Shown in pieces: positions 1 to 11,119 of a stretch of DNA of 64,000 nucleotides. Under the pieces are notes generated by a model that worked only from the letters and a program-made list of their open reading frames with translations, did not search any database and had not been told where the DNA came from. A program made the position numbers and the translations under genes. The stretch covers positions 320,001 through 384,000 of the forward strand of contig CAWGAA010000003.1 in the NCBI GenBank assembly GCA_963820525.1. Direction: 5' to 3'. The DNA comes from an uncultured Spirochaetota bacterium. Lineage in GTDB: Bacteria > Spirochaetota > Spirochaetia > SZUA-6 > Fen-1364. How positions within the stretch are numbered: position 1 is the first letter of the stretch; each line of letters starts with the position of its first letter.

Positions 1-1452
1 GCGAAAGGGTTCCGCGATCCCGCCCGGGCCTTCGTCAATCTGAGGGAGCTATCGGGGGAGGCCGAGCGGCGCTCCCAGTTCGCCCGCCTGGCGATCCTTG
101 CCTGCGACATCCTGTCCCAGCGGCCCGATCCCGACATGGCCTTGAACAACTGGGAGAGGTTCCTCCGCTCGCTTGACGATCCCCAGGGGCATTTCAGGGG
201 GATGCTCTCCCAACCCATGCGCCTGGAGATCCTGCTCAGCATCTTTTCGACGAGCCAGTTCCTCGCGGATGCGCTTGTCAGAAACCCCGAGCTCCTTGAT
301 TATATCGGGGCCTCCGAAGTCCTGCGCTCCCTCAAGGGGCACGTCGAGATCCAGCGGGAGCTCGCCTCAATTTCGAACCTGACCGCCCAGCGGGAAGGGT
401 GGCGGGACGAGCTTCGCCGGTTCCGCCGCCGGGAGATCCTGCGCATCGGCGCCCGCGACATCTGCCTGGGAATGCCCACGCGAACCGTCATGGAAGAGCT
501 TTCCGAGCTGGCAGATGGGGTCGTCTCGGCTTCCCTGGGCCGGCTTCGCGGAGGCACGATCGGCCGCGGAGGCGAACCGGGCGCGCCCCCCTGGCGGTTC
601 TGCGTCATCGCCTTCGGCAAGTTGGGCGGCAGGGAGCTCAACTACAGCTCCGACATCGACCTCCTGGGGCTCTACGACGGAGGGACCGAAGGGGCCGATC
701 CAACCGAGGATGCCGCCGCGCTCATGGAAGCCCTTAGGGCCGATCTCTCGGACCACACGATGGAGGGCTACGCCTACCGCGTGGACCTCCGCCTCCGCCC
801 CTATGGAAGCTCGGGACAGCTCGTCTTCTCCCTGAAATCCCTCCTGGATTACTACTTCCGCTCGGCTGCGATGTGGGAGCTCCAGGCCCTGCTGAAAGCG
901 AGGCCGGTGGCAGGGGATCTGGAGCTCGGCCGGGAGTTTCTCGACTCCGTGCGAACGCTGCTCTTGGCCCCCCGGGAGCCTTCCGCGGTGGTCTCTTCGA
1001 TCGACAGGCTGCGAAAGGAAGCCCAGAAGAGCCTCTCGAGAAACTCCATTGTCGCGACGGACATCAAGGTCGGCCTCGGGGGCCTGCGTGACGTGGAGTT
1101 CCTCGTGCAGGGACTCGAGCTCATCCACGCGCACGAGCATCCGGAGCTCCTGATCGGCAACACCCTTGCCGCCCTCGAAGCCCTGGGGACGATGGGAATA
1201 CTGCCTACGGATGAGGCCGACCGCCTCGTCGGAGATTACATCTTCCTGCGGCGTGTGGAGCACTTCCTGCAGATCTACGAGGACCGGCAGACTCACAGCC
1301 TGCCCAGGGATCCCCTTCAGATGCTCGCCCTGGCGCGGCGGATGCTGGGAAGCGGGGCGACAGAAGGGCAGTTCCACTCCAAGCTGGCCAAACGTTTCGA
1401 GCGGGTGCGGGAGGAGTATCGCAAGTTCACCGAGACGGGCTTTCGGCAGTAG
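1..1452 (+). CDS. glnE: Glutamine synthetase adenylyltransferase, C-terminal part (5' end outside the window)
   Basis: Frame is open from base 1. Motifs GKLGGRELNYSSDIDL, YRVDLRLRPYG, WELQALLKAR and DIKVGLGGLRDVEF. Confidence 0.9.
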   Translation, partial: AKGFRDPARAFVNLRELSGEAERRSQFARLAILACDILSQRPDPDMALNNWERFLRSLDDPQGHFRGMLSQPMRLEILLSIFSTSQFLADALVRNPELLDYIGASEVLRSLKGHVEIQRELASISNLTAQREGWRDELRRFRRREILRIGARDICLGMPTRTVMEELSELADGVVSASLGRLRGGTIGRGGEPGAPPWRFCVIAFGKLGGRELNYSSDIDLLGLYDGGTEGADPTEDAAALMEALRADLSDHTMEGYAYRVDLRLRPYGSSGQLVFSLKSLLDYYFRSAAMWELQALLKARPVAGDLELGREFLDSVRTLLLAPREPSAVVSSIDRLRKEAQKSLSRNSIVATDIKVGLGGLRDVEFLVQGLELIHAHEHPELLIGNTLAALEALGTMGILPTDEADRLVGDYIFLRRVEHFLQIYEDRQTHSLPRDPLQMLALARRMLGSGATEGQFHSKLAKRFERVREEYRKFTETGFRQ

Positions 1453-1496
1453 AATTAACGTACGAGCGTGGTTCGAATGGAAAAGGGAGGTTCGAT

Positions 1497-2783
1497 ATGT
1501 CTCTCACGCCGGGGGATAGGAGGACCGTAAAGGCCGCCGAGAATGTGCTGAGGGGGAAGAGCCGCAAGGGGTTCTTTCTCCGGCTCCTTCCCTTTCTGGG
1601 TCCGGCTTTCATAGCGAGCATAGCCTACGTCGATCCCGGAAACTTCGCCACAAACATCTCCGGCGGCGCCCAATTCGGGTATACGCTCCTGTGGGTGATC
1701 ACGGTCAGCAACCTCATGGCCATGCTCGTGCAATCCCTCTCGGCCAAGCTGGGGATCGCCACGGGAAAGAACCTCGCGGAGATGTGCGCCCAGTCCTACT
1801 CCAAACCCGTCTCTTTCATCCTCTGGATAATAATGGAGCTCGTGGCAATGGCCACGGACCTGGCGGAGTTCCTGGGCGCGGCGGTGGGATTCAACCTCCT
1901 TCTGGGAGTGCCGCTGTGGATAGCGGGGCTCATGACCGCGGTGGCCACTTTTCTCATTCTTGCCCTGGAGCGCTACGGCTTCCGCCCTCTGGAAGTGGTG
2001 ATCACCGCCTTTGTCGGAATCATCTCTCTCTGCTACTTGGTCGAGATTGCAATCGCCAGGCCTGAATGGACGCAGGTGCTGACTCACTCCGTCGTGCCGA
2101 GGTTCGCCGGCCCCCAAAGCGTGGTCCTGGCGGTGGGGATACTCGGCGCCACCGTGATGCCCCATGCAATCTTTCTGCACTCGGCGCTGACTCAGAATCG
2201 GATCGTCGTGCGCAAGGACAGGCTGATGAAGCGGCTCTTCCGCTTCGAGATCATCGACGTGGTCATCGCCATGGGGGTGGCGGGGCTGGTGAACGGGGCC
2301 ATGCTCACGATGGCGGCCACGACCTTCCATCAGAGGGGGTACATGGACGTGGGAAGTCTCGAGCAGGCGCACCGCACGCTGCAGCCGCTCCTCGGGCAGG
2401 CGGCAAGCTGGGTGTTCGCGGTTTCCCTGCTCGCCTCAGGCCTCTCTTCCTCCTCCGTGGGCACGATGGCGGGCCAGATCATCATCAAGGGCTTTCTCAA
2501 GAGGGAGATCCCCATATGGCTGCGGCGCCTCATCACGATGATTCCCTCGCTCGTCGTGATCTTCATAGGACTGGATCCGACACGCACCCTGGTGATCAGC
2601 CAGGTGATCCTGAGCTTCGGCTTGCCGATGGCGATAATCCCTCTTGTCATGTTCACCGGCCGAAAGCACCTCATGGGGGTGCTGGTCAACAGGCCGATCA
2701 CGAAGCTTCTGGCAGCGGTGGTAACCGCGGTGATCGTGGCCTTGAACCTCTACCTGCTTTTCAGCGTATTCAAGGGAGGTTGA
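1497..2783 (+). CDS. mntH: Nramp family Mn2+/Fe2+ transporter
   Basis: YVDPGN and GATVMPH signatures; multi-TM; RBS GGGAGG upstream. Confidence 0.93.
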   Translation: MSLTPGDRRTVKAAENVLRGKSRKGFFLRLLPFLGPAFIASIAYVDPGNFATNISGGAQFGYTLLWVITVSNLMAMLVQSLSAKLGIATGKNLAEMCAQSYSKPVSFILWIIMELVAMATDLAEFLGAAVGFNLLLGVPLWIAGLMTAVATFLILALERYGFRPLEVVITAFVGIISLCYLVEIAIARPEWTQVLTHSVVPRFAGPQSVVLAVGILGATVMPHAIFLHSALTQNRIVVRKDRLMKRLFRFEIIDVVIAMGVAGLVNGAMLTMAATTFHQRGYMDVGSLEQAHRTLQPLLGQAASWVFAVSLLASGLSSSSVGTMAGQIIIKGFLKREIPIWLRRLITMIPSLVVIFIGLDPTRTLVISQVILSFGLPMAIIPLVMFTGRKHLMGVLVNRPITKLLAAVVTAVIVALNLYLLFSVFKGG

Positions 2784-2784
2784 C

Positions 2785-3693
2785 ATGTTTAGCCGTATCC
2801 TGGTGCCCCTCGACGGCTCCCGAATGGCCGAAGCTGCGCTGCCCGCCGCGGAAGCCCTTCGCAGGGCATTCTCGTCCTCCGTAACGCTGATCCACGTGCT
2901 GGAGAGCGGCCCGCCGCGGGAGGCCCACGGAGAGCGCCACCTCCAGGACAAGCAGGAAGCGGAAGCATACCTCGCCGAAGCGGCCGCGCGCTATTTCCCG
3001 CCCGATGTGAACATCGCGCTGCATGTTCACGCCGAGGGCATATCGACCGTGCCGGAGAGTCTCACGGAGCACTCCCAGGAGCTGGAGCAGGACCTGATCA
3101 TCATGTGCGTGCACGGCAGGGGCGGGTTCGACAGGATGGTCGGGGGAAGCCTCGCCGAGAGGATCATGAGCACGCAGACGGTGCCCGTGCTCCTCGTGCG
3201 CGCAGGCCTGGGCGGACCCATCGCTCCGTCCTTCCGCCTCGTCCTGGTGGCGCTGGACGGGAAAGCGGATCACGAGCAGGGACTTGTCGCCGCCGAGGAG
3301 CTCGCCAGAAAGACGGGCGCCCGGCTTCTCCTTGTGTCCATTGTGCCGACGTGGTTTACTCTCAGGGGAGAGGGAAGGGAAACGGGACGGCTGCTCCCCG
3401 CCGCCACGGCGGAGCTTCTCGCGCAGACCGAATCTTCGGCCGAGCGCTACCTCCAGGAGCACGCCGAGCGGCTTCGCGCCGACGGCATCCAGGTGGAGAC
3501 GGCGATCAGGCATGGAAATCCGCCGAAGCAGATAACGCGCTTCGCCCGGCTGACGGGCTCGGATCTCATCGTGCTGGGGACCCACGGCAGGACAGGAGCG
3601 CGCGCATTCTGGGCCGGCAGCATCGGCTACATGATCGTGGGAAGAACAGCCACCCCCATCCTCCTCATCCCCGCCGCGGAGAAGAGGAAATGA
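2785..3693 (+). CDS. Tandem-domain universal stress protein
   Basis: RILVPLDGS start; two USP domains with DLIIM..HGRGG and DLIVLGTHGRTG..GS motifs. Confidence 0.9.
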   Translation: MFSRILVPLDGSRMAEAALPAAEALRRAFSSSVTLIHVLESGPPREAHGERHLQDKQEAEAYLAEAAARYFPPDVNIALHVHAEGISTVPESLTEHSQELEQDLIIMCVHGRGGFDRMVGGSLAERIMSTQTVPVLLVRAGLGGPIAPSFRLVLVALDGKADHEQGLVAAEELARKTGARLLLVSIVPTWFTLRGEGRETGRLLPAATAELLAQTESSAERYLQEHAERLRADGIQVETAIRHGNPPKQITRFARLTGSDLIVLGTHGRTGARAFWAGSIGYMIVGRTATPILLIPAAEKRK

Positions 3694-4022
3694 GCGTCGT
3701 CACGCCCCTGGAAAACAAGGAGCTCCCGGAGACCTGCTGCGTGTACAAGCACTCCACAACCTGCCCTCTTTCAGCGGCGGCGGTCCGGGAAGTGGAGGCG
3801 GCCGCGATAGATATCCCGGTCTTCAAGATCGACGTCCGCGTGCAGCGTGAGCTCTCCGCCTGGGTTGCCCAAAGATACGCTGTGGAACATGAATCTCCCC
3901 AGCTCATCCTGATCCGCGCGGGAAAGGCGGAGAAGGTTTGGAACCATGGGGACATACGCAGGGAGAAAATAGAGGGGATAGGGGGGATCGCGGGCGTCAC
4001 CCCTTCAGGGCGAACGGGTTGA
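3690..4022 (+). CDS. ytxJ: YtxJ/BrxC-like thioredoxin-fold protein
   Basis: KHSTTCPLS and VEHESPQ motifs; ATG overlaps the usp stop (ATGA). Confidence 0.8.
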   Translation: MSVVTPLENKELPETCCVYKHSTTCPLSAAAVREVEAAAIDIPVFKIDVRVQRELSAWVAQRYAVEHESPQLILIRAGKAEKVWNHGDIRREKIEGIGGIAGVTPSGRTG

Positions 4023-4716
4023 AATCGGTTTCATAGTCGTAGTAATCCTCACGCTCCACGCGCTTGAGAAACGCCACGATGCGGTAGGTGACCGGGGTCA
4101 TCACGGCTTCCACCGCGCACTTGAAGATGTAGTTGGTGAGCACGAGGGTCACGAATATCTGCCAGGGAAAGACCCCCGTGAGCGTGGAGATGAGCACGAA
4201 TAAGCAGGTATCCACCGCCTCGCCGACCAGGGTGCTCCCGATCGTGCGGGCCCACAGCCAGCGGCCTTTCGTGAGGATCTTCATCTTGGCGAGGACGAAT
4301 GAGTTGGAGAACTCCCCCGCGAAGAATCCGGCGAGGCTGGCCGCCACGATCCCCCCGCTCGACATTCCGCCCAGCACCTTCACGAACGCATCCTGGCCGA
4401 CCGCGGCGTTCCAACCCGCCTCTCCCGGCATGATGCGCACCAGCCACAGCACGAAGGCGCTGGCCGCAAGGCAGGAGAAGCCCGCCCAGATGACGCGCCG
4501 CGAGCGCCGGTAGCCATAGACCTCGGTGAGAACGTCTCCAAAGATGTAGCTTATGGGAAAGAGGATCGTCCCGCCGTCGAACGCCAGCGGCACGCCGAAG
4601 AGCGAGATTGCCCAATCGATGATCTTGGCGGACGAGGCAATGTTGCTGACGATGAGGATAGTCACGAAAGCCGCCATCACGAGGTCGAAATAGCGGTACC
4701 TGCGTTCAGCGCCCAT
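3997..4716 (-). CDS. yhhQ: Queuosine precursor transporter (VUT/YhhQ family)
   Basis: FPISYIFGDVLTEVYGY and RTIGSTLVGEAVDT motifs; start taken at MGAERRY. Confidence 0.85.
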   Translation of the reverse strand: MGAERRYRYFDLVMAAFVTILIVSNIASSAKIIDWAISLFGVPLAFDGGTILFPISYIFGDVLTEVYGYRRSRRVIWAGFSCLAASAFVLWLVRIMPGEAGWNAAVGQDAFVKVLGGMSSGGIVAASLAGFFAGEFSNSFVLAKMKILTKGRWLWARTIGSTLVGEAVDTCLFVLISTLTGVFPWQIFVTLVLTNYIFKCAVEAVMTPVTYRIVAFLKRVEREDYYDYETDFNPFALKG

Positions 4717-6772
4717 CCTTCTCCTTCTTGAACCGTGAGAACAGCCTGCTGAATACTCCGGGAATCCCCTCCCGCGCCGCGGGAAGCTCCACCTTGGCGA
4801 ACTCTGCGATGTTCTCTTCCTTGCCCGCCACCAGGAGGATGTCCTGCTCCTGCAGCCTGTACTCGGGCAGGAAATAGGTGTATTCCTCATCTTCGTTCCT
4901 GCGCAGGGCGATCACGTTCAGCCCGTGCTGCTGGCGGAGGTTCGCTTCGATGAGGGTCTTTCCCAGGTACTTTTTCGGAGACTTTATCTCCGCTATGGCG
5001 AACTCGCGGCTGATGGGGAGGAAGCTGAAGAGAATGGAGGAGAGCAGCAGGGGCGCGATGCGCCGCGCCGCCTCCCTGTTGGGAAGGATGATGTCCGTGG
5101 CCCCCACGAGCTCCAGGATCTCGGCGTGCTGGTTGCTTTCCGCCTTGGCGATGATGCGCCGCACCCCGAGCTTCTTGAGGTAGTTGGTGACAAGGATCGA
5201 CGCCTCCAGGTTGTCCCCCAGGTCCACGATGGCCGCGTCGATGGTGCTGGGCACGATCCGGTTGATCACTTCCTCGCTGATGGCGTCCGCGATGTAGGAG
5301 GCGGCCACCTGCTCCTTGTACTGCTCGATGACGTCGACGTCCTTGTCGATGATAAGGATCTCGCAGCCGGTATCCACCAGCTCCTCGAGCATGCGCTTGC
5401 CGAAAAATCCAAGACCGATGATGGCGAATTGCTTCATTAGCCTATGAGTGACCTCCTCCTCAGGAACATCGACGATTCGCTTCGGGAGCCTGCGCGGCAG
5501 CGAAATAGCCAGGGCGCTCATTCCGACCCGGCCCGCGAACATGGTGAGGATAATGATAGCTTTTCCCGGGACGCTGAGTAAGGGGGTGATTCCCAGCGAG
5601 AGGCCCACCGTGCCGAACGCGGAGAATGTCTCGAATACGACGTCGATGAAGAGCTTCTTCTCATGATGGCTCAGGAGAAGCTCGGTCACGGTGAGAGCGA
5701 AGATGGCCAGCGCGAGGATCGCTATCGCCCGCAGGGCGAACATCATGCCCCGGCTTACCGAGCCCTGGGAGACCTTCTTGTGGAACACCCTGATGTCTTC
5801 GCGCGCCTGCGACCCACGGATGATCATGACGAGCACGATGAAGAAGGTGGTGGTCTTGATCCCTCCGCCGGTGGACGCCGGGGAAGCGCCCACATACATG
5901 AGCAAGAGCGTGAAGACCTTGGATGGGAAGGTCAAGCCTGCCTGCGCCACGGTATCGAACCCCGCCGTCCTCGGAGTGACTGACTGGAAAAAGGCCGCCA
6001 TGATCTTCTGCGGGGCGCCCAGCGCCGCGTAGCCGTCGTTCCACTCGAACAGGAGGTACACGGCGGCGGCGCCGAAGATAAGAGCCAGGGTGATCAGGAC
6101 AACGAGCCTGGTGTGCATCGACAGCCTGTGCCTCCTGCCGAGGGCGCGCTCCAGCAGGTCCTCAACAACGACGAAGCCGAGCCCCCCCAGAACGATGAGT
6201 GACATGATCGCGAGGTTGATCGTGGGATCGCCAACGTAGCCTTCGAGGTTGTCGCTGAAGGTGGAGAATCCGGCATTGCAGAAGGCAGAGACCGCGTGAA
6301 AAAGCGATGTGAACAGGGCGCGCGATCCCACCGTGCGGCGGAACACGGTGTACATGAAGAGGGCACCCGCGATTTCTATTGAGATGGTAAGAATCACGAT
6401 GTTTCTGACGATCTTCAGCGGATCCCTCTCCACGGAGGAAATGTAGTAGTCTCCGATGAGCTTCCTGTTGGCAAGCGATATCTTTCCCCGCGGATTGGCG
6501 AGGTAGATCGTCGTGAAGCTGATGATTCCCAAGCCGCCGAACTGGATGAGGAGCATGATGACGATCTTGCCGAAGAGGCTGTATTGCGCCGTATCCACGC
6601 TCACCAGCCCGGTCACGCAAACCGCCGATGTTGCGGTGAACAGGGCGTCTATGTACGGGAGCCTCGCCTCCCCCTTCCAGGCGCTGGGAACCCAGAGGAG
6701 AAAGCTTCCTGCGAGGATGATTGTTATGAAATATGCGAAGAGGAAGAATCTGTCGCGGTTTCTGACTCTCAT
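4706..6772 (-). CDS. trkH: TrkH/KtrB K+ channel fused in frame to TrkA/KtrA RCK subunit
   Basis: Pore motifs SAVCVTGL, SAFCNAGF, TPRTAGF, SAFGTVGL, then GLGFFG Rossmann RCK domain from 5437. Confidence 0.85.
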   Translation of the reverse strand: MRVRNRDRFFLFAYFITIILAGSFLLWVPSAWKGEARLPYIDALFTATSAVCVTGLVSVDTAQYSLFGKIVIMLLIQFGGLGIISFTTIYLANPRGKISLANRKLIGDYYISSVERDPLKIVRNIVILTISIEIAGALFMYTVFRRTVGSRALFTSLFHAVSAFCNAGFSTFSDNLEGYVGDPTINLAIMSLIVLGGLGFVVVEDLLERALGRRHRLSMHTRLVVLITLALIFGAAAVYLLFEWNDGYAALGAPQKIMAAFFQSVTPRTAGFDTVAQAGLTFPSKVFTLLLMYVGASPASTGGGIKTTTFFIVLVMIIRGSQAREDIRVFHKKVSQGSVSRGMMFALRAIAILALAIFALTVTELLLSHHEKKLFIDVVFETFSAFGTVGLSLGITPLLSVPGKAIIILTMFAGRVGMSALAISLPRRLPKRIVDVPEEEVTHRLMKQFAIIGLGFFGKRMLEELVDTGCEILIIDKDVDVIEQYKEQVAASYIADAISEEVINRIVPSTIDAAIVDLGDNLEASILVTNYLKKLGVRRIIAKAESNQHAEILELVGATDIILPNREAARRIAPLLLSSILFSFLPISREFAIAEIKSPKKYLGKTLIEANLRQQHGLNVIALRRNEDEEYTYFLPEYRLQEQDILLVAGKEENIAEFAKVELPAAREGIPGVFSRLFSRFKKEKDGR

Positions 6773-6842
6773 ATAAGAGGAAAGCTCAACCCCGGAAAGA
6801 TCGGGACTCCGACGTCCACGAGCACAACGCGGTCAAAAAAAA

Positions 6843-7032
<190 letters not shown>

Positions 7033-7157
7033 ATTGATTTCTTGAAAACTGTATAACAGAAATTGCAATCTTAGGGAAGTAGGTGAAGGATATTCTGCTG
7101 CTGCGCGTCTTCAGCGTGCTTGCGGCATATCTGCTCTCGGCGTTTCAACCTCCGGCC

Positions 7158-7706
7158 TTATTGGGCCAATAAAGGTTTCAACATTTTTGCATACTGGTCC
7201 TTTGTCCGGGAACCAATCACATTGTCGGCGATCTCGCCCTTTTTATCTATGAGTATGGTGGTTGGAACAACTCTGACCTTTCCGTATTTTTCCATCAGTT
7301 CATAGGACCCCATGATGACGGGATAATTTATTTCATAATCCTTATAAAACTGCTCTATGGCCGCTGTGCTGGAAAAAACAGCTACTCCAATAATTACCAA
7401 TTTGTCTTTATAAATGTCCTGCAAATCTTCCAGGGCTGGAATCTCCGCCCTGCACGGTGGGCACCATGTCGCCCAAAAATTGAGCACCACGACCTTGCCC
7501 CGATAATTATTCAAAGAAATGGTTTCATTATTCTTAATATCCTTTTCCGTGAAATCAGGAGCGATACCTGAAGCATCGGTCTGCAGGGATTCCGCCTGAT
7601 TGCCGACTTGCCCGGTTGTGTTGCTCACCGGACTTTTTGGCGCACAGCCTTCAGCAGAGAGAAGCAGAAGTAATACAGGAAAAATATAGATGATATTTGA
7701 TTTCAT
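7158..7706 (-). CDS. TlpA/ResA family thiol-disulfide oxidoreductase, probably exported or a lipoprotein
   Basis: LNFWATWCPPCRAEIP motif; N-terminal hydrophobic stretch ending AEGC; visibly AT-richer than its flanks. Confidence 0.9.
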   Translation of the reverse strand: MKSNIIYIFPVLLLLLSAEGCAPKSPVSNTTGQVGNQAESLQTDASGIAPDFTEKDIKNNETISLNNYRGKVVVLNFWATWCPPCRAEIPALEDLQDIYKDKLVIIGVAVFSSTAAIEQFYKDYEINYPVIMGSYELMEKYGKVRVVPTTILIDKKGEIADNVIGSRTKDQYAKMLKPLLAQ

Positions 7707-7707
7707 A

Positions 7708-7830
7708 TTATCCTCCGGGACTCAAGGCTTCGGCGACATTTGATTTATGAATTAAACAATCAACTGTGTATTGTCGCTCCGGTATTCCAGCAGCTTCGCA
7801 GATGCAATCAAGCTTTTTGGCAAGACCCGC
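7708..7830 (-). pseudogene. 3' remnant of an unidentified gene upstream of tlpA
   Basis: AT-rich open frame ending 1 nt before the tlpA ATG; no start of its own before the 5S gene. Confidence 0.3.
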
Positions 7831-7884
7831 AATGATAGTCTCGAGGGACCATAGAGCCCCGCTTCCGGCTCCGCGCAAAAAAAA

Positions 7885-7999
<115 letters not shown>

Positions 8000-8247
8000 A
8001 ATAATCAACTGAAGTGGGTGAAGGATGTTCTTGCGCTGTCGCCCCTGCGGCGCGCTTGGCGGTGTCGCGTTTCGCGGCTCTCGCAACTTGCTTACGAAAG
8101 TTGCTGCCGCCCAATGGCCGACGCCGCCGTTGGCATTTCCGCTGTCGCGGTTGGGATTCCCCATGGCTCTCGCCGTTTCTTCGAAACGGCTGCCGCCCTG
8201 GGGCCCCGTCGCGGCGTGCATAGCACGCCGCTGGAATACTCGAAAAT

Positions 8248-8817
<570 letters not shown>

Positions 8818-9487
8818 CGGGGGAAGGGGTGAGTGAGAAATGAAGCTCTGGGCGTACCCCGCCCGAGGGGATTCACTCTCAACCGAGGCACCTGTTCCGT
8901 GGCAGCCCTCGGGCGGGTCGCGTGCTCCGCTACAAGTCCTCGGCGCAGTAGGAGATCCAGAGGAATGTCACACCCCGGTCGGCCTCGGTCGCTGTGATTG
9001 CGCGCCTCCGGGCTTTCCGCTGCGCCCGCTCACGCGGAGGTGACTGTACATGCCCTCTGCCTTCGGCTACTCGCGAAATCGAGGCGGAATCTGCTCGGCA
9101 CCCCCTGCCCGCACTGCCATCAAGCAGCCGTATATGCCTCCCGTTTTCTTGATGCATGCAGTCGGCATCAGCGGCAACTACCCTCCCCGCCGCAAAGCTG
9201 GCTTACGCCCAGCGGGGCACCAACACCCTCCAGCTTATCTTCCGCCTCCACTTCCCCGCCTTCGCCGAGCTCTATGAGCAGCGCTATGCAAAGGAGTCCG
9301 GCCAGTTCCGCCTACACCGCATCACCCGGGTGACAGAGAAGTTCCTCCGCTGCGGGGATTACTCCCATGGGGTCGCCCGTATCCAATGCACAAACCCCGA
9401 CTGCCGCCTCGAGCTGTTCCGCCCTTTCAGCTGTAAAGGATTTTACCTTTGCCCCTCTTCATATGATAACCAAACGAAAGGGTATGA

Positions 9488-9618
9488 TGGAAAAGGCAGG
9501 GAAAGCTAAGTCCTACTCATGCTCTGCACTGGAGAAGCTGAGAGCACCCGTGCTTCCCTGCCTTCCTTCTGACCGCTTGTAGTGGGGTGGTTGTCCTCAT
9601 ATGAGGGGCGCGGCAGGA
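9488..9618 (+). ncRNA. Putative IS110 bridge RNA (target-binding and donor-binding loops)
   Basis: Stem AAGGCAGGGAAAGC/GCTTCCCTGCCTT, then stem CTGACCGC/GCGGCAG enclosing TAGTGGG and TCATATGA, which equal the two element ends. Confidence 0.7.
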
Positions 9619-10298
9619 GGGCATTGTAATACCGGGAGGATCGTCATGAAGCAGTTTGTCGGAATCGACATGGGATCGCAGAAGCATTCTGTTTGCATCC
9701 TCGATGAACAGAGCGAAAAGATCAAAGCCCTTGAGATCGGCAACACCCTCGAGCAATTTCGAATGCTTGAGCAATACCTCGACGGCAAAGAGGATGTGCG
9801 AGTGTGCTGCGAGGGAGTACATGGGCCCCTTCTGGGATATTTGAAAAGCCGCGGAGTACTGCTCTATCCCGTCAACCCTTTGAAGATCAAACGGTTTCGC
9901 GAGATTCGAGCTCTTTCGGGAGACAAGCACGACGCCTTGGATGCCCGCTGCCTGGCAGAGTACCTGCAGACCAATCACCAGCTGATGCGTCCATTCAGCC
10001 ACTACAGTGATGCTGTGGAGGAGTTGAACTTGCTGCGCATCTCCCATGATCGGGTGACCAAAGAGCACGCTCGCTATGCGAACAAGCTGATATTCCTTCT
10101 GCGTGAATACTTTACGCTGTATGAAGGGCTTTTCAGCACCGCAGTGCCGCAAATACTGCTGGATTTGATACTTGCCTACCCCACCTGGGGGAGCATCAAG
10201 GGCCTTCCAGAGCCCATCCTATATAAGAGGCTCTAACATAAAGACTGCTAGACTTTTTCTCAAAAACAAGGAATGATCCTCCCAACTGGGAGGAATAT

Positions 10299-11119
10299 GT
10301 GAAGCTCGAAAGTCTACTTCCCAACGAGCTATGGAAGGTAGTGCAGCCGTTGCTACCCCCGCCAAAACCAAGGCGGTTCAAGTTTCCCGGGAGAAAACCC
10401 ATGGATCCCCGAAAAATCCTCACGGGAATCTTATATGTTCTCAAGAGCGGCATTCCTTGGGAAATGCTGCCCCAAGAGTTAGGATTTGGTACAGGGATGA
10501 GCTGCTGGCGATACCTGCGCGCATGGCAAGAGCAGGGCGTCTGGCAACGCATCCATAAGGTGTTGCTATCCAAGCTGCGAGGAGCTGATAAGATCGATTT
10601 CTCTCGTGCTGTTGTTGATAGCTCATCTGTACGAGCCGTCTTGGGAGGGCCAAAACGGGGCCGAACCCGACAGATCGCAGGAAAAAGGGGACAAAACACC
10701 ATCTCATTACCGAAGCTCAGGGGATTCCCCTTGTGGTCTGTGTCACGGAGGCGAACAGACACGACGTGACTCAACTATTGCCTCTGCTTGATGCGATTCC
10801 CTCGATCGGAGGCAAAAGGGGTCGGCCCCTCAAAAAGCCAAAAACACTTCAAGGTGATTGTGGCTATGATTCTGATCCGCACCGACGTGAAATAAAGAAA
10901 CGCTGCATTGTCCCCCTTATCCGTAGGCGTAGAACTGCTCACGGCAGTGGACTTGGTAAGACACGTTGGGTGATCGAGCGCACCCATTCTTGGTTACATC
11001 AGAACAGGCGCCTGCGTGTTCGCTTCGAGAAACGAGCAGACATTCATGAAGCTTTTCTTGTTTTAGGGTGCATTATGATCTGTTGGTCTGCATTCACAAC
11101 ATGGAGCTCATTATGTTAG
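10299..11119 (+). CDS. IS5 family transposase, two ORFs joined by a -1 frameshift near 10645-10655
   Basis: ORF1 GILYVLKSGIPWEMLP; -1 frame AKTGPNPTDRRKKG..DCGYD..RWVIERTHSWL. Confidence 0.85.

Noticed and set aside
4717..4890. N-terminal extension of the yhhQ ORF or a preQ1 riboswitch
   Set aside because: The region lies inside the trkA coding sequence and no riboswitch motif was seen.
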